In this document: positions 1 to 12,772 of the stretch, piece after piece | Numbering within the stretch: position 1 is the first letter of the stretch | Layout of the letters: each line of letters begins with the position of its first letter | DNA from: an uncultured Actinomycetes bacterium | GTDB taxonomy: Bacteria > Actinomycetota > UBA4738 > HRBIN12 | Assembly (NCBI GenBank): GCA_963714865.1 | Contig: CAVQPR010000001.1 | Span: forward strand, 12,775-76,774 | Direction: 5' to 3' | Length of the DNA: 64,000 nt | The notes under the pieces: generated by a model | The model's database searches: none | What the model saw: the letters and a program-made list of their open reading frames with translations, nothing else | Told to the model about the DNA's origin: nothing | Made by a program: the position numbers and the translations under genes

Positions 1-1
1 C

Positions 2-1156
2 GACCCCGACGTCCAGGAATACCTCGCCCGCACGATCACGGACTCGGTGTTCCAGAGCCTCGGCGTTCAGGCGCAGCTGGAGGAAGTGCTGGCCGACGCC
101 GACAGCCGCCTGGCGTTCCTCGCCGGCCCGATCTCGTCGGCCGTTCAGGACTTCGTGCAGGAGCAGGTGCAGAAGCTGATCGCCTCGCCGCAGTTCGACA
201 CGCTGTGGACCGAGGCGAACCGGTTCGCGCAGAGCACGATCGTGGCGGTGCTGAGCGGGGAGTCCGGCGACGTGGTGTCGACGGCGGACGGTCAGGTCGT
301 CCTCAACCTGCTTCCGATCATCAATGCCGCGATCGAGTCGGTGTCGGGCGTGGCCTCGGAGCTGGTGGGCCAGGACATCTCGATCCCACCCATCACGGCG
401 GACACCGTGCCGAGCGAGGCGATCGCCGCGATCGAGACGGCGACCGGGGTCGATCTGCCCGAGGAGTTCGGCCAGATCGTCCTCGTGGATAGCGACCAGC
501 TGGCGGCCGCCCAGGATGCGTTCCGCATGACGAACACGCTCGCGATCCTGCTCGGCGTCAGCGTGCTGCTCTTCGCCGGGCTCGCGCTGTGGGTGTCGTC
601 GCGCCGGCGACGAACGCTGCTCCAGATCTCGACGGCGTGGTTCATCGTGCTCGTGCTCGAGCGGCGCCTGGCGATCGCGACCGGCGATCAGATCACGGCG
701 AGCGCCAAGCCCGAGAACGCCGGCGCCGCCGGCGCGGTGGTCGATGCCGTCGTGTCGGCCTTGCTGAGCTACACGGAATTCCTTCTGTGGGTCTTGGCCA
801 TCGTGCTCTTCGTTGCGGTGCTGACGGGGCCGTACCGGTGGGTCCTCCGCTTCCGTGCATGGGTATCGGGGGTGTGGGCGTCGGTCACCGGGATGGCGCG
901 CGGCGCCGATCGCGACGCGGCCACCGAGTGGGTCGCCGGTCATCGTGACCTGGTCCTGATCCTCGACGCGGTCGTCGTCGTGGCGCTGCTGATGCTGTTC
1001 GACGTGAGCCTCGGCTGGTTCCTCCTGATCGCTGGGCTGGGGGGGCTCGTGGCCCTCGGCGCCTGGCGGATGGCCGATGCGGGCGAGGACCAAGACGCCG
1101 ACTCACCGGAGGACTCGCAGACGTCCGCTACGGCGGACACCGCGCCGCCCGGCTGA
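2..1156 (+). CDS. conserved hypothetical integral membrane protein (5' end lies outside the window)
   Basis: The frame of ORF 47..1156 stays open back to the window edge. It has several hydrophobic helices ([61 protein letters not shown]) and an acidic tail. No family recognised. Confidence 0.6.
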   Translation, partial: DPDVQEYLARTITDSVFQSLGVQAQLEEVLADADSRLAFLAGPISSAVQDFVQEQVQKLIASPQFDTLWTEANRFAQSTIVAVLSGESGDVVSTADGQVVLNLLPIINAAIESVSGVASELVGQDISIPPITADTVPSEAIAAIETATGVDLPEEFGQIVLVDSDQLAAAQDAFRMTNTLAILLGVSVLLFAGLALWVSSRRRRTLLQISTAWFIVLVLERRLAIATGDQITASAKPENAGAAGAVVDAVVSALLSYTEFLLWVLAIVLFVAVLTGPYRWVLRFRAWVSGVWASVTGMARGADRDAATEWVAGHRDLVLILDAVVVVALLMLFDVSLGWFLLIAGLGGLVALGAWRMADAGEDQDADSPEDSQTSATADTAPPG

Positions 1157-1184
1157 GCACAGCGCGTTTCGTAGACTCGGCGCC

Positions 1185-3828
1185 ATGGTCGACCCAGCCG
1201 CCGCCATGCAGACCCGGTACGACCCTCAGCGGGTCGAACCGGGGTGGGCGGCGGCCTGGGTCGAGCGCGGGTACTTCACCGCCGACGCGTCGTCGGGCAA
1301 GCCCCCCTACTGCATCGTCATCCCCCCGCCCAACGTCACCGGCCGGCTGCATGTCGGCCACGCCTTCGACCACACCCTGCAGGACACGCTGATCCGCCGG
1401 GCCCGCATGCGCGGCTTCGAGACCCTGTGGCTGCCGGGCACCGACCACGCGGGCATCGCCACGCAGGTGGTCGTCGAGCGCACGCTCCGCGAGGAGGGGG
1501 TCGAGCGCCGCGACATCGGCCGCGACGCCTTCGTCGAGCGGGTGTGGGAGTGGAAGGCGCGCTACGGCGGCGAGATCACCGAGCAGATCAAGCGCATGGG
1601 GTCTTCGTGCGATTGGACCCGCGAGCGGTTCACGATGGACGAGGGGCTCTCCCAGGCCGTGCGCGTCGCGTTCGTGCGCCTCTACGAGGCCGGCCTGATC
1701 TACCGTGGCGAGCGGCTCGTCAACTGGTGTCCGACCGACCACACGGGGCTCAGCGACTCCGAGGTCGAGCACGAGGAGGTCGACGGGGAGCTCCTGACGT
1801 TCAGGTACCCGCTCACGGACGGGAGCGGGTACGTCGAGGTCGCCACCACGCGGGTCGAGACGATGCTCGGCGACACGGGGATCGCGGTGCGCCCCGGAGA
1901 CGAGCGATACGCGGCGCTCGTCGGCTCGACCGTGACCCACCCGTTCGATGGGCGCCGGCTCCCGATCGTGGCCGACCACCACGTCGACGCCGAGTTCGGC
2001 ACCGGGGCCGTGAAGGTCACGCCCGCCCACGACCCGAACGACTTCGACATCGCCCAGCGCGCCGGCCTGCCGCTCATCAATATCTTCGAGGCCGACGCCA
2101 GCCTCAACGACGTCGTGCCCATGCCCTTCAAAGGCCTGGACCGGTACGCGGCCCGCATCGCAGTCCGGGATGCGCTCGAGGCCGAGGGCCTGCTGGTCTC
2201 GGAGGAGCGGCCCTACCGTCACTCGGTCGGGCACTGCTACCGATGCCACTCCGAGGTCGAGCCGTGGATCGCCGGGCTGCAGTGGTTCGTCAAGGTGAGC
2301 GGCCTGATCGGCCCGGCCAAGGAGGCGGCGCTCGACGGGCGGCTCGGCTTCACCCCCGAGCGGTGGGGGCGCCCCTACACGGCCTGGCTCGACAACCTGC
2401 GCGACTGGAACATCTCGCGCCAGCTCTGGTGGGGGCACCGCATCCCGGCCTGGTACTGCGGTGAGGGACACGTCACGGTCGCCGTCGAGGACCCGGTGAC
2501 GTGCTCGGGATGCGGGAGCGCCGACATCGCCCGGGACGAGGACGTGCTCGACACGTGGTTCTCCTCCCAGCTCTGGCCGTTCTCGACGCTCGGGTGGCCC
2601 GATGACACCGAGGAACTGCGCACCTTCTACCCGAACGCCGTGTTGGTGACCGGCTACGAGATCCTCTACCTGTGGGTTGCCCGGATGGTGATGTCGGGGA
2701 TGTTCCTCATGGGCGACGTTCCGTTCCGCCACGTCGTGATCCACGGGCTGGTGCGCGATCAGCAGGGCCGCAAGATGTCGAAGTCGCTCGGCAACGTGAT
2801 CGATCCGATCGACGATGATCGATCGATACGGAGCGGACGCCCTGCGGTTCGCGCTGGCCAGGGCGGCCACGCGGGGCCAGCAGGACATCCCGATGTCGGA
2901 GGAGGCGATCGAGGGCGGTCGCAACTTCGCGAACAAGATCTGGAACGCGGCACGGCTCGTGCTCGCCGCTCATCCCGGAGGCGCGCCGGAGCTTCCGCCA
3001 CCCGACCGATGGACGCTGCCCGAGCGATGGCTCCTGTCCCGCCACGAGGCCTGCCTCGCCGAGGTCGACGCGGCGCTCGACGACCATCGCTTCGCCGAGG
3101 GAGCCCAGGCGCTCTACCGGTTCCTGTGGTCGGAGTTCTGCGACTGGGGACTCGAGCTGGAGAAGGACCGCCTGGAGGCCTCCGGAGCCGAACGTTCCGA
3201 TGCCGCCGCGGTGCTCACCTGGGTGCTCGAGCGAACCCTGCGGATGCTGCACCCCACGATGCCGTTCGTCACCGAGGAGGTCTGGCAGCGGATCGCGGTC
3301 GGGTCGCCGGACTCCATCGCGGTCGCCGAGTGGCCGTTGTCCGAGCCGACCCACGCCGATCCCGAGGCCGAGACGACGATGACGCTGATCCAGGAGATCG
3401 TGACCGCGATCCGCCGGTTCCGGGCGCGCCACGGCATCTCACCGAAGGAGCGCTTCGACGTCCTCGCCGAGGTCCCGGCCGGCTCGGCTGCGGCCGTCCT
3501 GCTCGAGGCGGATTCGGCCGTGCGGCTGGCAGGCGTCCGCCTCGGGGTCGTTGCCGACGGTGCCAAGCCGGAAGGCTGGACCTCAACCACCTTCGACACG
3601 GGCGCCGTGATGTTCCCGCCCGGGCTGTTCGACGCCGACGCGGAGCGGGCGCGCCTGTCGGCGCAGCGGGACGGGGTCGACCGCGACCTGGCGCGATCGG
3701 CGGGCAAGCTTGCCAACGACGGCTTCCGTGCCAAGGCGGACGCCGAGGTCGTGGAGGCCGAGCGGGCCAAGCACGAGCGGCTCACGGCTCAGCTGGCCGA
3801 GATCGATGCCCAGCTGGCCGAGCTGTAG
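1185..3828 (+). CDS. valS: valine--tRNA ligase with an apparent +1 frameshift near 2812-2815
   Basis: The frame of ATG 1185 carries the class I motifs [14 protein letters not shown] and [12 protein letters not shown]. ValS sequence ([15 protein letters not shown]... through the coiled-coil tail) continues in another frame as ORF 2815..3828. The junction reads GAC-G-ATG. valS-folC-ndk synteny supports the call. Confidence 0.9.
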
Positions 3829-5109
3829 ATGCGGTACGAGGAGGCCCTCGCCGAGCTGGAGGCCCGTAAGGAGGGCCGCATGCTGCCCGACCTGTCGCGG
3901 ATCTTGCACCTCGCGACGCTGCTGGACGACCCCCAGCTCACGTACCCGACGATCCACGTCACCGGGACGAACGGCAAGGGGACCGCGGCGCGTATCGCCA
4001 CGGCGATCGCGTGCGAGCACGGTCTCACGACCGGCCTGTACACGTCGCCGCACCTGCGTGACGTCACCGAACGGCTGTCCGTGTGCGGGCAGGACATCAC
4101 CCGCGAGGAGTTCGCGGCCGAGTACCAGCATCTCCTGCCGTTCCTGATGCTCGTCGACGCCGAGGCGTCGGATCCCGTGACGTACTTCGAGGCCCTCACG
4201 GCCCTCGCCTACCTGTGGTTCGCGGACCGGCCGGTCGGGCTCGGCGTCTACGAGGTCGGGATGGGCGGGACCTGGGACGCGACGAACCTGGTGGCCGGCG
4301 ACGTGGCGGTGCTGACGCCGATCGCGGTGGACCATCCGGAGCTGGGTTCGACCGCGGTCGAGGTCGCCGGCGAGAAGTCGGGGATCATCAAGCAGGACAA
4401 GGTCGCCGTGTCGCGCGAGCAGGACGACGACGTGCTCGGTGTGATCGAGGGGCGGTGCGCATCGGTGGGCGCCGAGCTGCGGCTCGAGTTCCGCGATTGG
4501 GAGGTCGTCGAGCGGCTGATCGCCGTGGGCGGACAGTCGCTGACGGTCCGGGGGGTGTTCGACACGTACGACGATCTGTACCTGCCGCTCCACGGCGAGC
4601 ACGCGGCTCGCGGCGCCGCCGCGGCGATCGTGGCGGTCGAGTCCCTGGTCGGCGAGCGGCTCGGGCACGCAGCGGTACGGTCGGCGCTCGAGACCGTCAC
4701 CTGGCCCGGGCGGATGGAGGTCGTGGCGCGCTCGCCGATGATCGTGCTCGACGGCGCCCACAACCCGGCGGGAGCGGAGGCCCTGGCGGCCGCGCTCGAG
4801 GCGTTCACATGGGAGCGGCTGCACCTCGTGCTGTCGGTGAGCGCGAACAAGCATCTGCCGGGGATCGTGGACGAGCTCGCCCCGCTCGTCGACCTCGCCT
4901 ACGCGGCCCGCAACGAGAGCGAGCGCAGCGGCGACGCGGTGCCGATCGCCGAGATCCTGGCGGCCCACGGACGGCCCGTCACGGTGCATCCGAGCGTGGC
5001 CGAAGCGCTCGCGGCGGCCCGGGCGGCGGCCGGCCCGGGCGATCTCATCCTCGTGACGGGCTCTCTGTACACTGTCGCGGACGCCCGCCGGGCGCTCTCG
5101 GACACCTAG
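3829..5109 (+). CDS. folC: bifunctional folylpolyglutamate synthase / dihydrofolate synthase
   Basis: Mur-ligase type P-loop VTGTNGKGT. The ATG directly abuts the valS stop (TAGATG). Position between valS and ndk is conserved. Confidence 0.9.
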   Translation: MRYEEALAELEARKEGRMLPDLSRILHLATLLDDPQLTYPTIHVTGTNGKGTAARIATAIACEHGLTTGLYTSPHLRDVTERLSVCGQDITREEFAAEYQHLLPFLMLVDAEASDPVTYFEALTALAYLWFADRPVGLGVYEVGMGGTWDATNLVAGDVAVLTPIAVDHPELGSTAVEVAGEKSGIIKQDKVAVSREQDDDVLGVIEGRCASVGAELRLEFRDWEVVERLIAVGGQSLTVRGVFDTYDDLYLPLHGEHAARGAAAAIVAVESLVGERLGHAAVRSALETVTWPGRMEVVARSPMIVLDGAHNPAGAEALAAALEAFTWERLHLVLSVSANKHLPGIVDELAPLVDLAYAARNESERSGDAVPIAEILAAHGRPVTVHPSVAEALAAARAAAGPGDLILVTGSLYTVADARRALSDT

Positions 5110-5122
5110 GAGCCGCATCGTC

Positions 5123-5530
5123 ATGCCGACCGAATCGACCCTGCTCATCGTCAAGCCCGACGGCGTTCGTCGCGGTCTCGTCGGCGAGGTGCTGCGCCGG
5201 GTCGAGGGCAAGGGCCTGGCGATCGAGGAGATGCGCCTGTTCACGATCCCGCGTGACGTGGCCGAGGAGCACTACGGTGAGCATCGCGACAAGTCGTTCT
5301 TCGGCGAGCTGGTCGACTTCATCACCGGCGGGCCCGTCGTGGTGGCCAAGGTCACGGGCACAGACGCCATCACGTGCTGGCGCACGCTCATGGGACCCAC
5401 GAACCCGGTCGAGGCGCCTCCCGGCTCGATCCGCGGCGACTTCGCCACACTGATCGGCGAGAACATCGTGCACGGCAGCGACTCTGCAGAGTCTGCCGCA
5501 CGCGAGCTCGCCCTGTTCTTCGGCTCGTAG
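5123..5530 (+). CDS. ndk: nucleoside-diphosphate kinase
   Basis: 135 aa with LLIVKPDGV, the active-site region NIVHGSDS, and the typical length. Confidence 0.95.
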   Translation: MPTESTLLIVKPDGVRRGLVGEVLRRVEGKGLAIEEMRLFTIPRDVAEEHYGEHRDKSFFGELVDFITGGPVVVAKVTGTDAITCWRTLMGPTNPVEAPPGSIRGDFATLIGENIVHGSDSAESAARELALFFGS

Positions 5531-5539
5531 CCCACGCCG

Positions 5540-7183
5540 ATGCCCGGCCTGGAGGAGGCCTTCGAGCGGATCGGTGAGGCGGCCGAGCATCACCTGCCGC
5601 AGACCCACGCCGCGGGGATCGCGATCGCGGTCACCGACACCGAGGAGCTGCTCGGGGTCGTCGTGCGGGGGATGTCGGACGTCGCGGCCGGCGCGCCGGT
5701 CCGTCCGGAGACGCGATTCGAGATCGGCTCGATCTCCAAGTCGTTCGCCGGCATCGTGTGTGTGCAGGAGGCCGAGGCCGGGAGGCTCGACCTCGGCGCC
5801 AGCATCAACGACCTCCTCCCGTGGCTCGAGCTGCCCGAGCCGTACGGGCCGATCACGCTCGACCACCTGATGACCCACGTCGCCGGGCTCGCGACGGGGA
5901 CCGAGGAGTCGCCGACCGGCCCGGGCGCGCTGACGATCGCCCGCACCCTCGCCCCCGCCTACGCCCCCGGAGAGCACTGGTGGTATTCGAACGATGGGTG
6001 GAAGCTCGTCGGCGCCGCGCTCGAGCGGGCCACCGGAAGCACGGTCCCCGACCTGCTGCACGAGCGCATCCTCGCGCCCCTGGGGATGTCGTCGTCACAG
6101 GGGGCGATCGACAATCAGGCCCGTCTCGACCTTGCGATCGGCTACGAGCCGGCGTTCGACGATCGGCCGCCACACCTTGGACACCCGCTGGTTCCCGCCC
6201 GCTGGTTGGTCACGAGCACCGCGGACGGCGCGATCGTCTCGAACGTGATCGACATGGCGGCCTACGCGCGGATGCTCCTGGGTCGGGGCAGCACGCTGGT
6301 CGACGGCCACGAGGTCACGATCCTCGAGGAGGCCGGCTACGCGCGTCTGGCGCTGCCCCGCGTGGCCACGGAGGACCCCGACGAACCGGGGGAGCGATAC
6401 GGGTACGGGCTCGCCACCTCGGTGCACGATGGGCGAACCTACGTGGGGCACTCCGGAGGGATGGTCGGCTACACGGCGTTGCTCCTCGTCGACCCCGACG
6501 CCGGGATCGGAGCCGTGGCGCTGCAGAACGGCGGCGGGGACAAGGGCGACCTCGTCCGATACGCGCTCCAGGCCGTCCGCTCCGTGCTCGGCGGCGACGA
6601 GCCCGCGCCGATGCCGCACCCGGCCGCGCCCGGACACATCGAGCGCGCATCGGCGCTCGCCGGCGCCTACATCGGGCCCCGCCGGATCGAGCTTGCCGCC
6701 ACCGGGGATGGCGGGCTCCGCCTGCACGACGGCGCGATCGGGGTCGAACTGGAGCGCTGGCCCGGCTCGGACCACGCGTTCTGCGTGCCTCATCCGGCGA
6801 GAGATCGCTTCCTGTTGCGCGCGGCGTTCGACGACGGCGGCCGCGTGACTGGGCTGGTCCATGGCCGCGACCGGTTCGTCCCCGAGGGCGCCCCCGCCCA
6901 CGAGGAGGCCGATGCCCCGACCGGATGGGCCGCCTTCGAAGGGCTCTACCGCAGCAACGACCCGTGGTCGCCCGTCCTGCGCGTGTTCGTCCGCGGCGAA
7001 CGGCCGTGGCTGTTGTGGCCCTGGGAGGGGGTCGAGGAGCCGCTCACCCCGTTGGATGACGGCGCGTTCGCGGTCGGAGACACCTGGACGCCGAGGCGGA
7101 TCCGATTCGAGGAGATCCTGGACGGCCGTGCATGTGTGGCCGTGGCCGACGGCGGGCGTTGGTACCGCGCGTCGGAGGACTAG
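5540..7183 (+). CDS. serine hydrolase, beta-lactamase/transpeptidase-like family, with a C-terminal extension
   Basis: SxxK motif in IGSISKSFAG near the N-terminus. A class C beta-lactamase-like region is followed by ~200 aa of unknown function. Confidence 0.8.
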   Translation: MPGLEEAFERIGEAAEHHLPQTHAAGIAIAVTDTEELLGVVVRGMSDVAAGAPVRPETRFEIGSISKSFAGIVCVQEAEAGRLDLGASINDLLPWLELPEPYGPITLDHLMTHVAGLATGTEESPTGPGALTIARTLAPAYAPGEHWWYSNDGWKLVGAALERATGSTVPDLLHERILAPLGMSSSQGAIDNQARLDLAIGYEPAFDDRPPHLGHPLVPARWLVTSTADGAIVSNVIDMAAYARMLLGRGSTLVDGHEVTILEEAGYARLALPRVATEDPDEPGERYGYGLATSVHDGRTYVGHSGGMVGYTALLLVDPDAGIGAVALQNGGGDKGDLVRYALQAVRSVLGGDEPAPMPHPAAPGHIERASALAGAYIGPRRIELAATGDGGLRLHDGAIGVELERWPGSDHAFCVPHPARDRFLLRAAFDDGGRVTGLVHGRDRFVPEGAPAHEEADAPTGWAAFEGLYRSNDPWSPVLRVFVRGERPWLLWPWEGVEEPLTPLDDGAFAVGDTWTPRRIRFEEILDGRACVAVADGGRWYRASED

Positions 7184-7191
7184 GAGTCCTC
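7175..7191. terminator. hairpin at a convergent gene junction (GAGGACT-AGG-AGTCCTC)
   Basis: Perfect 7-bp stem with a 3-nt loop, spanning the overlapping stop codons of 5540..7183 (+) and 7180..7869 (-). No U-tract. Confidence 0.3.
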
Positions 7192-7869
7192 GACCACCGC
7201 GTCCGCCCAGGCGATCACCCGATCGAGCAGCTCCGGGTGGCCGTTGAACACGCCGCTGCCGTGGCCGTCGCCGCTCACGATCACGGCCTCGACGCCGAGC
7301 GCCGCGGCGATCTCGCGCGCGTCGCTCGCGTACGGCTCGTTCCCCTCTGCGGCCGCGACGAACACGGCGATGTCATCGGGCATCAGCCGCGCCGCCCCGA
7401 TCGCGTCGTAGGCGTCGAGCGGCGCCGAGAGGCTCACGACGCCGTCGGCGTCCAGGTCGGCCGCCATCGCCAGCGACAGCCCGGCGCCCATCGACCCGCC
7501 GACGAGCACGATCGAGGTGGCGCCGGCCACCCGCGCGCCGTCGACGATCGCGGCGAGCGCCTCCTCTCGGTTCTCGCCTCGCGTGCCCGTGGACTCACCC
7601 ACGCCGGGGGCGTCGAACGCGATCGCGTGCCATCCGTCGGCGGCGAAGGCCTCGGCCGCCGGGTAGAAGTCCTCCTTGGTCCCGGTGGCTCCGTGGGAGA
7701 GCACCACCGTCTTGGTTCCCTCACCGAGCTCCACGGTGTCGAGCTCGAGATCGCTCGGTGTGGTCACGGTGCTGCGGGTGGCTCCCGCCGGCGGTTCGGG
7801 CGTTCCGCACGACGCGAGCGCAAGACCCGTGAGCGACACGATCGCGATGAGAAGCGCCGAGCGCCGCAC
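7180..7869 (-). CDS. alpha/beta hydrolase lipoprotein
   Basis: Signal peptide with lipobox (LTGLALASCG) and nucleophile elbow GGSMGAG. Confidence 0.75.
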   Translation of the reverse strand: MRRSALLIAIVSLTGLALASCGTPEPPAGATRSTVTTPSDLELDTVELGEGTKTVVLSHGATGTKEDFYPAAEAFAADGWHAIAFDAPGVGESTGTRGENREEALAAIVDGARVAGATSIVLVGGSMGAGLSLAMAADLDADGVVSLSAPLDAYDAIGAARLMPDDIAVFVAAAEGNEPYASDAREIAAALGVEAVIVSGDGHGSGVFNGHPELLDRVIAWADAVVEDS

Positions 7870-7873
7870 CGGC

Positions 7874-8373
7874 TCAGCCTTCGTTCGGGTCGTGGAACCC
7901 CAGCCCGGCAGACTCTCCGTACGCCCACACGTCGATGTCGGGAGGCTCGACGCCGAGGATCGTCAGGGCGGTGCAGATCTGGCTGCGGTGGTCGGTGCCG
8001 TGGTGGATCGCCTGAGCGAGCCGGACGCCGATCGTGGCGTGCACGGTCCCGCCTTCGCTCGCCGACGACGCCAGGTCGGCATCGGTGTCGGGGGCCGAGG
8101 CGATGAGGGTGCTCCAGGCGCCGGTGTGTACGGCGGCCAGCCGCCGCAGATCGGTGAGATCCAGCGTCGACTGGTCGAGCCGCCTGGGCGTCACCGCGCC
8201 CTGGGTCAGGACGTTGAGGTAGGACTGGTCGGCGCCGATCAGATGGCGCATCGTGTCGAGGATGTTGCCGTAGATCGCGGGCACCGGCTGAGACAGCTGC
8301 CCGGGGTCGAGGGTGTCGCACACGTCGAGGAGCACCGAGTTCGCCCAGACGTGGTGGTCGAGCGCCGTCTGCA

Positions 8374-8374
<1 letters not shown>
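7874..8374 (-). CDS. DinB-family four-helix-bundle protein
   Basis: 166 aa starting MQTALDHHVWAN, with His-rich motifs (MRHLIGAD, IHHGTDHRSQ). ATG 8374 overlaps the fabF stop (ATGA). The rest of the 394-aa ORF 7874..9058 is antisense to fabF. Confidence 0.7.
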
Positions 8375-9609
<1,235 letters not shown>

Positions 9610-9631
9610 GGGTGGTGTCCTCCGGGGCGGC

Positions 9632-9880
9632 TCAGGAGCCGGTCTTCACGGCGACGAGGTCGACGGCCTGGCCGACGGTCTTGACCGACTCCATCTCCTC
9701 CTCGGGGATCTCGATGCCGAATTCCTCCTCGAGCTCCAACACGGCCTCGACGAGGTCGAGCGAGTCGGCGTTGAGGTCTTCGGCGAACCGTGCGTCGGGC
9801 ACCACCTGCGATTCATCGACGGCCAGCTGCTCGGCGAGCACCTTCTTCACGCGGGCTTCGATCTCGGAGCGGTCGGTCAT
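9632..9880 (-). CDS. acpP: acyl carrier protein
   Basis: 82 aa from MTDRSEIE. Phosphopantetheine site [10 protein letters not shown]. Sits between fabG and fabF. Confidence 0.9.
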   Translation of the reverse strand: MTDRSEIEARVKKVLAEQLAVDESQVVPDARFAEDLNADSLDLVEAVLELEEEFGIEIPEEEMESVKTVGQAVDLVAVKTGS

Positions 9881-9942
9881 CTTTCCTGTCCTCCTGTGCG
9901 TTGCCTGGCCGCCCAAGGCTAGTGGGCGAGCCTCCGATACGA

Positions 9943-10680
9943 CTACGCCGTGAGCCCCCCGTCAACCGGGATCACGGCGCCGTTCACGTACGACGCGTCC
10001 TCCGACATGAGGAACCTGACGACCGCGGCCACCTCCTGGAGGGTGGCCGTGCGCCCGAGCGGCGTCTGGTCGAGGTAGTAGGCGCGGGCGCGCTCATCCA
10101 GATGCGAGGTCATCTCGGTGTCGACGAGCCCGGGACAGATCGCATTGACCGTGATCCCCTTGAGACCCACCTCGCGGGCGAGCGAGCTGGTCAACCCCAG
10201 GAGCGCGGTCTTGGAGGCCGCGTAGGCGGTCTGGCCCGCGTTGCCACGCAGCGCCACGGCGCTCGACAGGTTCACGATCCGCCCCCACTTCTCGCGCAGC
10301 ATCCCGCGCAATGCCGCCTGCGAGCACATGAACGCGCCCTTCACGTTCGTGTCCATCACGCGGTCGTAGGTGTCCATCGAGTACTTGAGGAGCAGACCGT
10401 CCTGGCTGAAGCCAGCGTTGTTCACGAGTCCGGTGACGGTCCCGGCCTCGTCGGTGACGCGACGGAATCCCTCGGCGATCGTCGCCTGATCGGTGGTGTC
10501 GAGGAAGACGGTCATGCCCGGGGTCCCCGCTGAATCCAGCTCGCTGAGGACGTCCTTGGCGGCGGCCTCGTCCGACCGGTACCCGAGGGCGACGGTCCAT
10601 CCGGCCCGTGCCAACTCGACGGCGCTTGCCCGGCCGATCCCCCGAGTGGCGCCGGTGACGACCGCGACCTTCGAGGTCAC
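9943..10680 (-). CDS. fabG: 3-oxoacyl-ACP reductase (SDR)
   Basis: [14 protein letters not shown] Rossmann motif and YAASK catalytic motif. GTG 10680 overlaps the fabH stop (GTGA). Confidence 0.85.
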   Translation of the reverse strand: MTSKVAVVTGATRGIGRASAVELARAGWTVALGYRSDEAAAKDVLSELDSAGTPGMTVFLDTTDQATIAEGFRRVTDEAGTVTGLVNNAGFSQDGLLLKYSMDTYDRVMDTNVKGAFMCSQAALRGMLREKWGRIVNLSSAVALRGNAGQTAYAASKTALLGLTSSLAREVGLKGITVNAICPGLVDTEMTSHLDERARAYYLDQTPLGRTATLQEVAAVVRFLMSEDASYVNGAVIPVDGGLTA

Positions 10681-11678
10681 GAACTCGGCTCCTGCATCGT
10701 CCAGCGGACGAGCGTGGCGCCCCACGTCAGCCCCGCGCCGAACGATGTGAACAGCACGAGATCGCCCTGGTGGATCCGGCCGGCGCGCCATGCCCGGTCG
10801 AGCGCGATGGGGATCGACGCCGCGCTCGTGTTGCCGACCTCGGCCACGTCGACCACGGCCTTGGCAGGATCGAGCCCCAGGCGGTCCACGACGGCGGACA
10901 TGATCCGTGCGTTGGCCTGGTGGGGGATCAGCACGTCGACGTCGTCGATCGTGTAGTCGGACTTGTCCAACAGCTCCCGGCAGGCGGCCGCCATCTCGGT
11001 GACTGCCCGCTTGAACACCTCGCGCCCGTTCGGCATGCGCACCGTGTGGTCGTTCGCCTCAACGGTGTCGTGTGACGCCGGCGTCCGGGTGCCGCCCGCC
11101 GGCATCCACAAGATCTCGGCGGCGCCCCCGTCGGCGCCCAGCACGGCGCCCTCGATCCCGGGAGCATCGCCCGCCCGGACGACCGCGGCGCCGGCCCCGT
11201 CGCCGAACAGGATGCAGGTCCCCCGGTCGGTGTAGTCGATGATGCGGCTGAAGACCTCGGCACCCACCACGAGGATCGTGTCGGCCATCCCCGAGTCGAC
11301 GAACGCGGTCGCGGCCGACAGGCCGTAGGAGAACCCTGCGCAGGCCGCGTTCACGTCGAAGGAGGGACAGCTCAGCCCGAGCTTGCGCTGCATCCACACC
11401 GCGGTCGATGGGAAGGTCGTGTCGCCGCTGATCGTGGCGCAGATGATCATGTCGAGCTGCTCGGCCGGCACGCCGGCGGCGTCGAGTGCCGCCTGCGCCG
11501 CCTCGACGCCGAGATCGGACGTCATCACGTCCGGGTCGGCGAAATGTCGGGCCTCGATCCCCGTGCGATCGCGGATCCACTGGTCGTTCGTGTCCACGAT
11601 GGTCTCGAACCAGCTGTTGGGAACGAGCCTGGGCGGGAGCGAGGAGCCCACGCCGGCGATGGTGGCGTACCGGGTCAC
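10677..11678 (-). CDS. fabH: beta-ketoacyl-ACP synthase III
   Basis: 333 aa with FDVNAACAGF (active-site Cys), HQAN and GNTSAASIP motifs. Confidence 0.9.
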   Translation of the reverse strand: MTRYATIAGVGSSLPPRLVPNSWFETIVDTNDQWIRDRTGIEARHFADPDVMTSDLGVEAAQAALDAAGVPAEQLDMIICATISGDTTFPSTAVWMQRKLGLSCPSFDVNAACAGFSYGLSAATAFVDSGMADTILVVGAEVFSRIIDYTDRGTCILFGDGAGAAVVRAGDAPGIEGAVLGADGGAAEILWMPAGGTRTPASHDTVEANDHTVRMPNGREVFKRAVTEMAAACRELLDKSDYTIDDVDVLIPHQANARIMSAVVDRLGLDPAKAVVDVAEVGNTSAASIPIALDRAWRAGRIHQGDLVLFTSFGAGLTWGATLVRWTMQEPSS

Positions 11679-11742
11679 GGCGCCGAGGATATCCGACGTG
11701 AGGTCCGGATGCAGGCCCGCGACCAGGGACGACGCACGGTCG

Positions 11743-12678
11743 TCACATGCCCGCGAGCGCGCTCGCGGCCGCCTCGGGCGAGCCCGCCGCGACGGCGATC
11801 GCGTCGGGAACGATGCGCTTGGCCAGCTTGGTGAGCACCTGACCCGGCCCGGCCTCGAGGAACCGCGTCGCGCCCGCCTCGGCCAAGCCCAGGACGCCGG
11901 CCTCCCACCGCACGGGCGACACCACCTGAAGCCCGACGAGTTCTCGCAACCGACCGGCGTCCGAGACGAGCTCGCCGGTCACGTTCTCGGCGACCGCGAA
12001 CGCGGGCGTCCGCAGCTCGAGCCGACCGAGGACCTCGAGGATGGTGTCCACCGCCGGACGCATCAGCTCGCTGTGGAAGGCGCCCGCGACCTGGAGCCGG
12101 ACGACTCTGATCCGACGCTCCGCGACGAGCGCCTCTGCCCGCTCGATTGCCGCGACCGTGCCGCTGATCACCACCTGCACGGGCGAGTTCTGGTTGGCCA
12201 CGACGAGCTCGTCCCCGTCCCGCGCCTCGGCACAGAGCGCCTCGGCGTCCTCGGCGCCCATCCCCAGCAGAGCACTCATCGTCCCGGGCCGCTCCTCGCC
12301 GGCCCGCTGCATCGCCCGACCCCGCACGATCACCAGCTCGAGGGCGTCGGCCAGGTCCATCGCATCGCAGGCCACGAGCGCGGCGAACTCGCCGAGCGAA
12401 TGTCCCGCCACACCGACCGGATCTCCCATCCCCTCGGCGCGGAGGACCCGGAACGCCGCGACGTCACAGGCGAGCAGGGCGGGCTGGACGAACTCGGTGG
12501 TGGCCAGCGCCGCCCCGTCGTGACATCCGACCACGATGTCCCGCCCCAGCGCCTGCGAGGCCTCGTCGAGTACCTCCCTGCCCGCCGGATGACCGGCCCA
12601 CGGGTCGGCCATGCCGTCGAACTGAGACCCCTGCCCCGGAAACACCACCGCGATCGCCACATCACCCTCCACGCCCAT
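11743..12678 (-). CDS. fabD: malonyl-CoA:ACP transacylase
   Basis: VFPGQGSQ and GHSLGEF motifs. The start may be a few codons downstream (GTG ~12660). Confidence 0.9.
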   Translation of the reverse strand: MGVEGDVAIAVVFPGQGSQFDGMADPWAGHPAGREVLDEASQALGRDIVVGCHDGAALATTEFVQPALLACDVAAFRVLRAEGMGDPVGVAGHSLGEFAALVACDAMDLADALELVIVRGRAMQRAGEERPGTMSALLGMGAEDAEALCAEARDGDELVVANQNSPVQVVISGTVAAIERAEALVAERRIRVVRLQVAGAFHSELMRPAVDTILEVLGRLELRTPAFAVAENVTGELVSDAGRLRELVGLQVVSPVRWEAGVLGLAEAGATRFLEAGPGQVLTKLAKRIVPDAIAVAAGSPEAAASALAGM

Positions 12679-12772
12679 CCGGTGAGCCTATCGGGCGTTG
12701 CGGTGATGTGGTTTCGGGGAGGGGAAGTTGCCAGGTCCGGGGGCGGTCATGTTGAATGACCTGCGAAAACCC

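Noticed and set aside
2780-2830. Programmed ribosomal frameshifting in valS
   Set aside because: There is no slippery heptamer (X XXY YYZ) or +1 shift-prone motif at the junction, and no obvious downstream stimulatory structure. An extra G is the simpler explanation.
1128-2936. 602-aa ORF on the minus strand
   Set aside because: It is entirely antisense to the well-supported valS frame. Its composition is Arg/Pro/Gly-rich with no motifs, the typical high-GC shadow ORF.
3583-5244. 553-aa minus-strand ORF
   Set aside because: Antisense to folC and the valS tail. No recognisable domains. GC artefact.
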